This document shows positions 46,679 to 56,854 of a stretch of 64,000 bases of DNA, piece after piece. The notes under the pieces are model-generated. The model saw nothing but the letters and a program-made list of their open reading frames with translations, was not told where the DNA came from and made no database searches. Made by a program: the position numbers and the translations under genes. Source of the stretch: a virus; IMG/VR virus record IMGVR_UViG_3300045988_182965. One strand, written 5' to 3'. Within the stretch, counting starts at the first letter, position 1. Each line of letters opens with the position of its first letter.

Positions 46679-48565
46679 TCATTGCACGATTTCGCCCAGG
46701 TCATTTGCGTATTTCGGGTCACACATCATGAAGTAGTTGACGGGGCCGTACTCCAGACCGAGCTCCTGCGCATATGCCCTGATAGCTTCCAGAACGTCCT
46801 CTTTCTTGAGATTATACTTGGAATACAGACGAGCAAATTCTTTGTCAGAGACAGAGACGCAAGAGCAATTTTCTGCATCGGTTTCTTTGCTGCCCAGCAT
46901 CCCGTCAAAGATGTCCTGTCCTGCACAGAGAATCGTCTCATTGTTCATCACATAGGCAATGACAGAAGCCTTGCAGTCAAAGTCGCTGTCTTCCACCAAA
47001 AAGTCCTCAGGGTAGCCGTGACGTTCAACAACGTTTTCATAGATGTCCCGGAGCTCGATAGGAGCAGAAGGAGCGGTCAGCGCTGCTTTATGAAGGCGCA
47101 TGAATTCCACAAACTTTTCATCCGAGAGGGTATCGGTATAAAAACCTACACCGGAAACGCGGACTTTCACTTCGCTGGCAAAGTAATCGTCAATTTTGGA
47201 GACGATTTTCTGCTGGACCCGCTTGTATGCTTCCTGAACATTGGAAGCCGTGTAAAATACCGGGAACTTCATGATGTCGATTCCCTCCGGCAGACTCGCG
47301 TCATAGGCCGCATCAATGCCGCCTCGCAGCGCCGGAACCGCATCATGCAGCTCTTTCACAGAAGAAATGTATCCGGTGATGTACAGCTCATCGTTTTTGC
47401 TGTAATGCCCGATAAGTCCCACATAGAGAGTCTGCATCAGCATGCGCTTGAAGCTGAACCAGCAGAGTCGAATAGGAAGAATGACATTTGCGGCCGTACC
47501 TTCCGCACGATAGGTGCCGGGTGCGGAAATCTTTTCCAGCAGAATCTGGTCGTTCTTGTCACCGTATTTTTCCTTGAAAAGAGCTTGAAGAATTTCAGTG
47601 GACGAAAGAGGAGTGGACATTGGAATCGTTTCATTCAAAAAAGAGAGGAATACATCCACGTTGTCTTTCTGCCATGCGTCATCAGACATGCTTGCACGCT
47701 GCATAGAGAGCTTGTCTTTCCTGTCGTCAGGCAAGGGCTCATACCCACAGGCGATACGAAGCTCGTTCTCCGTGACAGCATCCGTTGCGCTTGCGATTTT
47801 CTTGAGGGTGTTTTCGGTCGGCTGAGCTTTTGCGTTGCCATTCACGAGGCTGCTGATATATCCACGAGTCAGCCCCGCTTGAAACGCAAACTTACCCTGT
47901 GTTCGGGTTCCGATGGCTTTTTTGACCAGCGATGCCAGCCTTTGAAAGTCGGGCTCTTTGGGAAAGGTGGCCTCCGTATCCTTATTGCTGTTCTTTTCAA
48001 GTACCGACTTGTCCCAACCGGTGACAAGAGAATACCCAATATCCTTCAAGGATTGATAGGCAACCCCGTTCTGGTCAAGAGCCGGGGAGTATGTACCGCT
48101 GTTATCTTCCAGCTGCTCTACTGCCTCACGCACCATCCTTGCTTCGTTCATCATGATGACGTCCGGGGCTTCAAGCCGGGCAAGACTCTTGTACCGACTA
48201 TTGAGGCGCTCGACTCGTGCGGCCAATGCAGTGATGTCATCAAGTTGGTCCTTCGTTGCATGGGCAGAGATATCTGCACCAAGTTCAAAATGGTTCAGTG
48301 CAGGAATATCCACGCCTTTGCTCTTGGCGAATTCCACAATGGCTTCCGCGCCATAAAAACGCTTCTCATGGGCTGCGACAACTTTCGTTATCGTGTCGGC
48401 CGAGTTGTCCAGCTCAAGCACTTCACCTTTTCCGGCATCCTCGACATAACACCTGGCGTTGGTGAGAAAGCCTTTCAAAAAATCAGCATCCACATCCAGC
48501 TTCTTAGCGATGCCGGGCAGCTGCTTATAGAAAATCACGGGCGTGGCGAGGTTAACAGAAATCAT
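46679..48565 (-). CDS. 628-aa hypothetical protein with a central HTH (XRE-like) segment
   Basis: Minus-strand ORF with protein-like composition. The overlapping + ORF is C/H/R-rich and looks like a shadow frame. GKFAFQAGLTRGYISSLVNG is HTH-like. Confidence 0.5.
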   Translation of the reverse strand: MISVNLATPVIFYKQLPGIAKKLDVDADFLKGFLTNARCYVEDAGKGEVLELDNSADTITKVVAAHEKRFYGAEAIVEFAKSKGVDIPALNHFELGADISAHATKDQLDDITALAARVERLNSRYKSLARLEAPDVIMMNEARMVREAVEQLEDNSGTYSPALDQNGVAYQSLKDIGYSLVTGWDKSVLEKNSNKDTEATFPKEPDFQRLASLVKKAIGTRTQGKFAFQAGLTRGYISSLVNGNAKAQPTENTLKKIASATDAVTENELRIACGYEPLPDDRKDKLSMQRASMSDDAWQKDNVDVFLSFLNETIPMSTPLSSTEILQALFKEKYGDKNDQILLEKISAPGTYRAEGTAANVILPIRLCWFSFKRMLMQTLYVGLIGHYSKNDELYITGYISSVKELHDAVPALRGGIDAAYDASLPEGIDIMKFPVFYTASNVQEAYKRVQQKIVSKIDDYFASEVKVRVSGVGFYTDTLSDEKFVEFMRLHKAALTAPSAPIELRDIYENVVERHGYPEDFLVEDSDFDCKASVIAYVMNNETILCAGQDIFDGMLGSKETDAENCSCVSVSDKEFARLYSKYNLKKEDVLEAIRAYAQELGLEYGPVNYFMMCDPKYANDLGEIVQ

Positions 48566-48798
48566 GGTGTACTCCTTTCAGATATGTCATTAGCTGTACA
48601 ATGCTGTCATCTTCTGTAATTATAATAGCACATCCCGCACCAAAAAGCAAGCATGAATTTACAATAAATGACAAGAAAATACACCAGATGACATATAGGG
48701 CAAAGCGGTTGATTTCCGAGTCTTTGCTACCCCGTGACGGAACGTGCCCTGTGCGTCTTGTCTTTGTCACGGTTTTGCCATAATTTTGCCTTGTGCAT

Positions 48799-48818
48799 CC
48801 GTGCGAATTGAATATGAT
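48799..48818 (+). promoter_or_regulatory. Element promoter motif CCGTGCGAATTGAATATGAT
   Basis: Consensus match upstream of the MTase gene. Confidence 0.45.
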
Positions 48819-48936
48819 GGGAAATATAAGATAAATAAGTGTAAGCCGCAGAGATTATGTTTCTGCGGCTATTTCTTTTGTGGTCCCCATGCGGATTGAG
48901 ATGTCTGCGTGGGGATTTTTTATTGGGAGATATAGA

Positions 48937-49927
48937 CATGGCAAAGAATGAGAATCTGCACAAGGCAAAGGATGCCAAGAACGACGAGTTCTATACGCTG
49001 TTGAGCAGTGTATCCGAAGAACTCAGACACTACAAGCAGCATTTCGCTGGCAAAATCGTGTTTTGCAACTGCGATGACCCGACGTGGTCCGCTTTCTGGC
49101 GATACTTCCATCTGAACTTTTCTGAACTCGGCTTGAAGAAGCTCATTGCAACACACTATGACCGCACTGAGCCTACCTACAAGATGGAATATGAGGGCGG
49201 AGACGACAATGATGTGGAAGTCGGCGTAAAGACTCCGCTCGAAAGCAATGGCGACTTTCGCAGTGAGGAGTGTCTTGCTTTACTGGACGAGTGCGACATC
49301 GTTGTTACAAATCCACCGTTTAGCCTTTTTAGAGAATTCGTCGGGACGTTGATGGAACACGATAAGAAGTTCATTATTTGGGGCAACAACAATGCCATTA
49401 CATACAAAGAGTTCTTTCCACTTTTGAAAGAAAACAAGGTGTGGCTTGGTTATACAGCGAATAAGACGTGTACATTTAGAGTCGCCGAAGGCTATCGCTT
49501 CGACGAAAAACTTACTGCACAATTCAATGACGGGCACAAGTATGGGAAAGTGCCCGCCATTTCTATTTTTACCAACCTCGACATCCAGAAACGTCACGAG
49601 AAGCTGATTCTTTGGAAGCATTTCACTCCAGAAGAATATCCCACATATCTCAATGTGGACAATGCAATCAATGTGGATTCCGTGGACGATATTCCATGTG
49701 ATTATAACGGAATTATCGGAGTTCCTATAACTTTTTTGAGTAAGCATAACCCGGACCAATTCGAAATAATTGGAATTGATAAAGACTTGCGGAAGCCCAT
49801 GTCGAAAATTGCAAATCCAGGGGAATACAATAACTCGGGAACCGCTTTATATTTACCTTACCCTGGCAACGGCTTTAAGTATAAAGCTACATATAGAAGA
49901 CTATTTATTCGCAGAAAGGATATCTAA
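48937..49927 (+). CDS. DNA N6-adenine methyltransferase (Dam-like / phage-type)
   Basis: DEFYT near the N-terminus and VVTNPPF catalytic motif. Confidence 0.55.
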
Positions 49928-49928
49928 T

Positions 49929-50597
49929 ATGAACTTGAAAGATGTACAAAATTTAATTAGCAAACCTTTGAAACCAAATCCGTCCGAATGGGCTATGGAT
50001 GTGGAAGAAGTTCTTACTGACACAAACAATTTGTCAGAAGAAGCAAAGACAGCCGTATATAAAACAAAATTTCATAATGGAGCATTTCAAAATTACACAG
50101 ATGAATTGGTCGCAATGCTCAAGCGTATTGTAAAAAAAGAAATTGCCAATAAGAATAATGATGTGCAAGGAGAAGATGTCGTAATGACAAACAAAAATGT
50201 ATTTATCGTGTATTCGCACCAAAACGAATATATGATGTTCAAAATCAAAGACTTTATCAAAAAGAATCTTGGACTTTGTCCCAAAACACTTGATATCTCC
50301 GAGTATACTGGCAGCGTATGGGATGCCTTTTCTACGAATGTAGCAGACTGTCAAAAGGCAGTGGTTCTCATGTCTGGTGATGATAATGTTACTGATGCTC
50401 ATGGCAATACATATAAACAGGCAAGACCAAATGTTTTTATTGAGCTTGGTTACCTGATTCATAAATGCGGTCTAAAAAACGTCACCATTGTTTATTCTGA
50501 TAATTGCAAAGAACCTTCTGACATTGGAAATCTGGTTTCAGTTCATTATGGCAGTGAAATGTGGACGGAAAGCTTTCGCAAACAGTTAAATAGATAA
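49929..50597 (+). CDS. TIR-like (PF10137-type) nucleotide-binding domain protein
   Basis: VFIVYSH...RPNVFIELGYLIHKCG resembles the TIR-like RpNVmFElGy core. Confidence 0.45.
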   Translation: MNLKDVQNLISKPLKPNPSEWAMDVEEVLTDTNNLSEEAKTAVYKTKFHNGAFQNYTDELVAMLKRIVKKEIANKNNDVQGEDVVMTNKNVFIVYSHQNEYMMFKIKDFIKKNLGLCPKTLDISEYTGSVWDAFSTNVADCQKAVVLMSGDDNVTDAHGNTYKQARPNVFIELGYLIHKCGLKNVTIVYSDNCKEPSDIGNLVSVHYGSEMWTESFRKQLNR

Positions 50598-50607
50598 GGA
50601 GCTAATT

Positions 50608-51744
50608 ATGCAAATTACAGAAACTAAAATCAAGGTATCTGACCTTGTCGAGAACTACAAAGATAATGGTGATGGCGGTGTCTTTGGTTACAATGACCGT
50701 CTTACGATTCGCCCGTCCTTTCAGCGTGAATTCATTTACGGGGAGAAGCAACGTGCAGCCGTTATTGATTCCGTGATGAACGGATTCCCGCTGAACGTCA
50801 TGTACTGGTCCAAGACTGGAGCAAACACCTACGAGGTTCTCGATGGACAGCAACGAACTATTTCTATTGCACAGTATGTCAATAAGGATTTTCCTGTCAA
50901 AATCAACGGCAACGACAAGTTCTTCCAGAACCTGACCGATGAGGAAAAGCAGGCAATTCTGGACTATGAGCTGACGGTCTATGTCTGTGAAGGCACGGAA
51001 GCCGAGAAGCTGGAGTGGTTCAAGCGCATCAACATTGCTGGCGAGGTTCTGACTCCGCAGGAATTGCTGAATGCTACCTATACAGGACCGTGGCTGGCCG
51101 ATGCCAAGAACTACTTCTCGAAGCGCAACTGCATTGCTGCAAAGATGGCTGACGGATATCTGAAGGGCAACCCGATTCGGCAGGAATTGCTGGAAAAAGC
51201 ACTGGCATGGATTGCTGACCGTGACGGTCTGGAATCCGGGCAGATGTACATGGCAGTTCACCAACATGACGAGGATGCCAATGACCTCTGGCTTTACTTC
51301 CAGTCAGTTATCAACTGGGCAAAAATGCTGTTCCCGACTAAGCGGAAGGGGATTACTGATGCGCAGGCGTGGGGTCTGCTCTACAACCAGTACCATACGA
51401 AGCAGTACAACAGCAATGCTTTGGAAGCAGACATCAAGAATCTCGTGATGGATGATGATGTGACAAAGAAGGCAGGCATCATCTCGTTCATCCTCTCTGA
51501 CCGTACTTGGCGCGATGAGAAGCATCTGTCCCTTCGTGCGTTTACGGAATCGCAGAAACTCCGTGCCTATGAACGGCAGGGTCACAAGTGTCCGCTGTGC
51601 GTTGCGAACGGCATCAACACCGAGTATGCCTATGAGGATATGGAAGGTGACCACATCATTCCTTGGAGCAAAGGCGGGCATACCACCGACAACAACCTGC
51701 AGATGCTGTGCAAGAAGTGCAATGCAGCGAAGTCAGATATGTGA
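50608..51744 (+). CDS. DUF262 (ParB-like NTPase/nuclease) plus C-terminal HNH endonuclease, GmrSD-like
   Basis: N-terminal RPSFQREF...DGQQR pattern. C-terminal CPLC...GDHIIPWSKGGHTTDNNLQMLCKKCN HNH motif. Confidence 0.6.
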   Translation: MQITETKIKVSDLVENYKDNGDGGVFGYNDRLTIRPSFQREFIYGEKQRAAVIDSVMNGFPLNVMYWSKTGANTYEVLDGQQRTISIAQYVNKDFPVKINGNDKFFQNLTDEEKQAILDYELTVYVCEGTEAEKLEWFKRINIAGEVLTPQELLNATYTGPWLADAKNYFSKRNCIAAKMADGYLKGNPIRQELLEKALAWIADRDGLESGQMYMAVHQHDEDANDLWLYFQSVINWAKMLFPTKRKGITDAQAWGLLYNQYHTKQYNSNALEADIKNLVMDDDVTKKAGIISFILSDRTWRDEKHLSLRAFTESQKLRAYERQGHKCPLCVANGINTEYAYEDMEGDHIIPWSKGGHTTDNNLQMLCKKCNAAKSDM

Positions 51745-51956
51745 TGGTGGGAGCATATCATGAAAAAATATTGCTATTTCATGTTCGGTATGTTCACCGG
51801 CACAGATGAAAATAGATACAACATCTGCATTCCGTCACCATTTGTACGAGGCTCAAAAGCAGAAGCTATGAAGGACGAGAATGTGCCAACCGCTTTTGGG
51901 CTATTGACTCGACAAGACTTCTGCTGGTCGCATTTGCAAACAAAGACTTCGAGCCT

Positions 51957-52220
51957 ATGAACAACGGCAAAATGCAGTTGAGATGTTGGGTAGATGAGGA
52001 TTTTGTCGGGACCTATACCTTTGAAGAATTCAAGGAAAATGGCGGGGATATTCGACAACTGAAGCCGAGCGGCATGAGAAAATATGTAACTGATGAGTCG
52101 GACTTTGTTGATACCGACAAGTCGTTTGCTGATGTGTCCCCAAACATAGAGCAGAGGAAACTCTACTATGTGGATGGGGAAGCGTATTACATTAGGGAAA
52201 TAACAGATGATACAAGTTGA
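51957..52220 (+). CDS. hypothetical small protein
   Basis: 87-aa ORF. Confidence 0.3.
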   Translation: MNNGKMQLRCWVDEDFVGTYTFEEFKENGGDIRQLKPSGMRKYVTDESDFVDTDKSFADVSPNIEQRKLYYVDGEAYYIREITDDTS

Positions 52221-52244
52221 ACGACAAAATGATAGGAGCTTATT

Positions 52245-53132
52245 ATGGAATATACAAAAACAGTCACTTCATCTATAGGAGGAGTTTTGCTTTTTATATG
52301 GGCAATAACTATAATAATTGTGCCGCTATTATTTCTTATTTATAGTATATGTAAAGGCAGTCGTAATAGACCTTTGTGGCTTATAGTGATTTTAGCCCTT
52401 GGAGAAGTATTATGGATTGTAGTTATGGGAATAGCAGGACTAGAAAAGACATTCGATTTATTAGAGAAAGCATTTGTGGAATTTGTACCAAGTTTAGAAG
52501 GCTTTACAATAGGAAAATTTATTCCAATTATGTTAATATCTATAATGGTAGAACTAGGAGCGATTGATTTGTTCTCAGCAAAAATTGATGAAAAACTTGA
52601 ACCAATACAAAATCGCCTATTTAATTCGATGAAACGCAAACCACAAATTGATATTGATGTAACGAAAAAGGACTATGAAAAGAAATCAAACATAAATATT
52701 TATGGCTATTATGCGCGACTCCGGAAAAGAAAAAATGAATATGAAAATGAAACAATTGTCCCAGAAGAACTTATAACACAATGGCTTTGTACAATAAGAG
52801 GAAAAGAAACAGAAGTGATTTTAGCAAAAATTCTTGAAAAAAGCGATAACACTGATGGAACAATAATTCAATTAGAAGACAATGGTGAAAAGCGCACATT
52901 GTTTATGACAGGAGACGAAAGTGACAAAAATGAATCAAAGCACTTGCAATCCTATGCAAATAAGCGTGCCGTACAAAGATTCGAAAACATGAAAGCTAGA
53001 GGGTTTCTTGAAGGCGACATTTCCCGTTTCTATATTACGTTACAAGGAAAAGAATACGTTCTGGAAAAGAGCGCTTTTGATTTACTTCCTCCTAAATTAG
53101 ATTCCAACGAGCAAAGCAATAACAATACATAA
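52245..53132 (+). CDS. Membrane protein (N-terminal TM helices plus a cytoplasmic domain) in an AT-rich insert
   Basis: AT-rich ORF, about 33% GC against about 50% in the surroundings. 3-4 predicted TM helices. Confidence 0.45.
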   Translation: MEYTKTVTSSIGGVLLFIWAITIIIVPLLFLIYSICKGSRNRPLWLIVILALGEVLWIVVMGIAGLEKTFDLLEKAFVEFVPSLEGFTIGKFIPIMLISIMVELGAIDLFSAKIDEKLEPIQNRLFNSMKRKPQIDIDVTKKDYEKKSNINIYGYYARLRKRKNEYENETIVPEELITQWLCTIRGKETEVILAKILEKSDNTDGTIIQLEDNGEKRTLFMTGDESDKNESKHLQSYANKRAVQRFENMKARGFLEGDISRFYITLQGKEYVLEKSAFDLLPPKLDSNEQSNNNT

Positions 53133-53544
53133 ACAATTCGAATAACGGAAGGACAATAATAATAACAAAAACTATAACAACCGTTCACTCCGGCACTGTG
53201 ACCGCCATCACCCCCAAGACCATCGTGGTCTTTCTCCCAGCACTCGACCTTGAAGTTGATGTACCCGTCCGGACCGGTGACTCTACCCAGAACATCAGAA
53301 TCCCAGCGGTAGGGGACAGCGCCACCGTACAGGTTGCGTTTCAAGGTGGTGACCTCGTTGCCACCGCCGCCACCTTTGTACCACAGCAGGACATCCGCGA
53401 AGACATCCCCATAAGTGAAGATGATGACTTTTTTCTGCTTGATGACGATGATGAATATGACTGGTACAGCGAGCCTCCGGCAGAAGACTTCGGATTCTGG
53501 AAATACGATTTTTGATTGAACCGTCCCATCAAAATGGGGCTTGC

Positions 53545-53645
53545 GCAATTCTCAAAACATGCTATAATACAGTTATTACAACAGGTTTCAAGCCTCCTAT
53601 CGTAATCAGTAACATTCTGACTGCGACGGGAGGCTTTTCATTTTA
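53545..53645 (+). promoter_or_regulatory. Extended -10 promoter (TGCTATAAT) followed by a leader hairpin with a U-tract, a possible attenuator
   Basis: ttgcgcaattctcaaaacatgctataat, then gcctcc...ggaggc TTTTCATTTT before the CDS at 53661. Confidence 0.4.
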
Positions 53646-53660
53646 AGAACGGAGTAAGCA

Positions 53661-54512
53661 ATGAAGCAAACAACTACGAAACAACATTATTTACCGAGAT
53701 ATAGGCTCCAACACTTTCTAAGAAGTAATAGCAAATATTATGTACATAGTAATGGAACAAGTCCAAACAAAAAAGATAGAGAAACAGGGAAAAATGATAG
53801 TTTTTTTGCCGTATGTGACAAACTTTATGAATTGACTGAGGTTCCTTCATGGGCAGACCATAAAAATTTAATAGAAACAGATTTACTTGCAAACGATGTC
53901 GAACGTGAAGATGCTTGTAGAATCAATAAAGTAATAGATAGTATTAAGGCGAACAATGAGCTCTCACAAATCGATAGTGAATGGCTAGGAAAATACGCAT
54001 TAAGAATGCTATATCGCTCACCCGCATACATGAAAGAAATAAAAGCAATTCCTGAATTTCAAGACCCAACAACATACTATAAATTTATGCGCTTCACACA
54101 AAAGGATGAGCATCCGAATCTTACGAAACAGGAGTGGTCTGTCGCAAAAATACTTTTGGGCTTGTACAGTGATGGGACGATAATATTAAAAAATCCGCAT
54201 AGCACATTTATACTCCCGGATTCTGGATTTGGAATCTGCCATTTTAATAACACTTCGACATTGATATTTACACCATTGACCCCATCTATTTGTATGTTGA
54301 CCTCGAAAGGCCCATGCGCTTTTCTTAAATGGCTTGATGGTAATATTGTCACGGCAACTATAAACGAAGTTTCAGCAATCAATGAAATCCTTTTTGCTTG
54401 TAGCAACAGTGAAATAGCTTCGATGTATAAATTAAGTGCGTCGTATTTGAACAAATTGAAAGCAATTAAAGAAAAACCGCTTAGTACAGTATCTCTTACG
54501 GAACAATTGTAG
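53661..54512 (+). CDS. DUF4238-like protein
   Basis: N-terminal KQHYLPRYRLQHF resembles the DUF4238 HYvPqfyL signature. AT-rich. Confidence 0.4.
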   Translation: MKQTTTKQHYLPRYRLQHFLRSNSKYYVHSNGTSPNKKDRETGKNDSFFAVCDKLYELTEVPSWADHKNLIETDLLANDVEREDACRINKVIDSIKANNELSQIDSEWLGKYALRMLYRSPAYMKEIKAIPEFQDPTTYYKFMRFTQKDEHPNLTKQEWSVAKILLGLYSDGTIILKNPHSTFILPDSGFGICHFNNTSTLIFTPLTPSICMLTSKGPCAFLKWLDGNIVTATINEVSAINEILFACSNSEIASMYKLSASYLNKLKAIKEKPLSTVSLTEQL

Positions 54513-54693
54513 TATCTGTGAGACAACACGGATACCATTACCCAAACCAAAACAAATACTAAATGCTCAGCATGAAGAACGACCTACCTGCCACAAACAG
54601 GTGGGTCTTTTTCTTTTTGTGTTGGCAGAAGCCTAAAGAGGTGGGAAGTAACCCTAATGGAATGCCGATTCCAGAACGTCAGAAATTGACGCA

Positions 54694-54713
54694 TCGTGCG
54701 ATTCGCCTAGAAT
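54694..54713 (+). promoter_or_regulatory. Element promoter motif TCGTGCGATTCGCCTAGAAT
   Basis: Consensus-like. Confidence 0.4.
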
Positions 54714-54738
54714 GAAAAGAAACAAAACAGAAAGCGAG

Positions 54739-54948
54739 ATGCGTATAATGTTTGCAATGTGTCGAGATGGCTCAACCGTACATGTCTTCGGAAACACCAT
54801 CAGCGTCAGTGGTCGGGGCATGAGTGAAACCTATGTTTTATGTGGGAACATGCTCACCGGCCCACACGGGTTCAGGTCAATGAACTGCAGGAGCGTTGAT
54901 GAAGCATTTTGTATGGTGTGCGGCGTACACGGCGGTAAGAGCTGGTGA
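54739..54948 (+). CDS. Small protein family B member 4
   Basis: NCRSVDEAFCMVCGVHGG matches the family B motif. Confidence 0.45.
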   Translation: MRIMFAMCRDGSTVHVFGNTISVSGRGMSETYVLCGNMLTGPHGFRSMNCRSVDEAFCMVCGVHGGKSW

Positions 54949-54954
54949 AGTGAA

Positions 54955-55040
54955 ATCCTTGATTTGTGTAGTTTTCAGTCCCTCCAAAGGTCTTGATTTG
55001 TGTTGATTTGACCCTCACAAGGGTCTTGATTTGTGCGAAG
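54955..55040. repeat. Three direct repeats of (G)TCTTGATTTGTG
   Basis: Copies at about 54958, 54990 and 55024. Confidence 0.55.
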
Positions 55041-55149
55041 CCCAAGGAAAATACAAAATACAAGGAATCGCGAATTGACCACAAGAAATGTTGTATTGAT
55101 GCAGCGAACAAATTATTCGCAATTTGAGATGCCGATAAGATTTGACACC

Positions 55150-55169
55150 TTGTGCGACATGCATACAAT
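55150..55169 (+). promoter_or_regulatory. Element promoter motif TTGTGCGACATGCATACAAT
   Basis: Consensus match. Confidence 0.5.
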
Positions 55170-55356
55170 AATACTTATGCAGCACAACAGAGCAAATAAA
55201 CGGATATATACGCTTGCACAATATAGCAAGTACGGCAAAATAAAAGCTCGAAATAGATTGAAAAAGTATAAGACCGTATAACAGAGTCAAGCAGGTCGAA
55301 AGATAAAAGATGGCTTCTAGGACTGCATAAATTAAACAAAAAAGGAGCTATTCCCA

Positions 55357-55677
55357 ATGAGCACCAGTATCTTGAAACTTGAAGCCAGCGTGATTCGCCC
55401 CAAAGACGATGACGAGCTCGATGGTCTCGCCGCTTCCATCAGCTTCCCCGTCGAATATGATGACGAGGCGATTGGTAAGGTCCTGGGCGACCAGGACTTG
55501 ATGGCCTATGTCGTCGGAGAGTTGCACGACCTCGTTGTCCGTATGCGTCCCGAATGGCTGGATAACGAAGATACCAGCCTGACCATCAAGGCATTCCTGG
55601 ATGACGCCGAGTGCCAGACGTTTAAGGGCCTTGTTGCAATGAAAGAGGACAGCTACATCTTCGTCATTGAGGGCTAA
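55357..55677 (+). CDS. Acidic hypothetical protein
   Basis: 106-aa ORF. Confidence 0.4.
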   Translation: MSTSILKLEASVIRPKDDDELDGLAASISFPVEYDDEAIGKVLGDQDLMAYVVGELHDLVVRMRPEWLDNEDTSLTIKAFLDDAECQTFKGLVAMKEDSYIFVIEG

Positions 55678-55810
55678 ACGCAACAGTACAAAAGCAAACC
55701 CTGCTCGCAGCAAAATGTGGGTAGGGCTTTTTTGGTTTGCGTAGCTGCATCCTTTTCGTCGTCAAAACCGTAGGTGCCAGGATGCGTAGCTGCCGATGTG
55801 TCTTGACCCG

Positions 55811-55934
55811 CTGTGCGAGTCTCATACAATCAGATTTGTACGAAAGATACCATGCACACAATAGAATTCGCACTAAGCTGCTCAGTGGCCATATGGCTGT
55901 TGGGTAGCTTTTTCTTTTGTGCGAATTGCGTACA
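55811..55934 (+). promoter_or_regulatory. Two copies of the element promoter motif
   Basis: CTGTGCGAGTCTCATACAAT at 55811-55830 and TTGTGCGAATTGCGTACAAT at 55915-55934. Confidence 0.5.
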
Positions 55935-55959
55935 ATAAAAACAAACGGAGGAAATTACC

Positions 55960-56367
55960 ATGAAAAGATTTATTGGAACTGCTTTGGTGTTATGCTGCCT
56001 AGCTTTGCCTTTAGCTGGCTGCAAAGAAGCCATCAGCACCGTGACAAGTACCACAATGTCTGAACTCGAAGATATCCCGAACCAGATATTGGCCACACCG
56101 GAAAGTGCTGAGATGAAACCGGAATACAATTACATTCATTTTCGCTACGACAACATTTGGACCGTATCCGCTCTCGTAAGCTACGAAATCGTGGACAACG
56201 GGCAAAACATCAAGTTTGAAATCAGCGATAGCCGTTACCGAGACAAGGTTTTCTATACCAGCATGTCGAATGTAGAGCTCGTATACCGAGATAATAACAT
56301 TGATTATGGCACGGACTACACCATCTATCCAGGGAATGCTTCGAAATTTGGAAAGGGTGGTAAGTAA
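55960..56367 (+). CDS. Small lipoprotein
   Basis: Signal peptide with lipobox LAGCKE. Confidence 0.5.
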   Translation: MKRFIGTALVLCCLALPLAGCKEAISTVTSTTMSELEDIPNQILATPESAEMKPEYNYIHFRYDNIWTVSALVSYEIVDNGQNIKFEISDSRYRDKVFYTSMSNVELVYRDNNIDYGTDYTIYPGNASKFGKGGK

Positions 56368-56368
56368 G

Positions 56369-56845
56369 ATGGGTATTAAATTTATCGACGGCAATATTTT
56401 TTCACGACTGTCAACGAACAAGCCGACATACATCTGCCAGCAGGTGAATTGCCGTGGCGCGATGGGAGCTGGACTTGCCATGCAAATTCGTAGCCAATGG
56501 CCAGTAGTATATCGGCGCTATCTGGGACTTTGCTATGGCGGCGATGGCAACAAGCTTGGGACCTATCAGGAAATCCTGGTAGAGCCGAAGCTGTACATCG
56601 TTAACCTGTTCGGCCAAAATGGCTATGGCCGGGGCGAAAGACAAACAAATTACGCTGCGCTGGCGACTGCACTGTTCTCATTTTTCCGAGACTGTGCTCA
56701 GAAGAATCAGGATGCAACCATCCGACTGCCATATGGTTTAGGCTGCGGCCTTGCCGGAGGCGACTGGGACACGGTTCTCGCCATCATCAACGATGCAGCA
56801 AAAGCCTGGAATCTGAATGTTGAGATTTGGAAACTCCAGAAATAA
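56369..56845 (+). CDS. Macro domain (ADP-ribose binding/hydrolase) protein
   Basis: ICQQVNCRGAMGAGLA glycine-rich ADP-ribose-binding loop. About 160 aa. Confidence 0.55.
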   Translation: MGIKFIDGNIFSRLSTNKPTYICQQVNCRGAMGAGLAMQIRSQWPVVYRRYLGLCYGGDGNKLGTYQEILVEPKLYIVNLFGQNGYGRGERQTNYAALATALFSFFRDCAQKNQDATIRLPYGLGCGLAGGDWDTVLAIINDAAKAWNLNVEIWKLQK

Positions 56846-56854
56846 TAGCAATAA

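Noticed and set aside
46511-48619. 702-aa plus-strand ORF
   Set aside because: Shadow frame of the minus-strand 628-aa gene. Translation is C/H/R-rich and implausible, and the minus strand reads as normal protein.
53198-53515. Plus-strand 105-aa ORF in the GC-rich patch
   Set aside because: The minus-strand frame of the same patch is more protein-like. Neither frame forms a complete gene. Treated as a gene remnant in findings.
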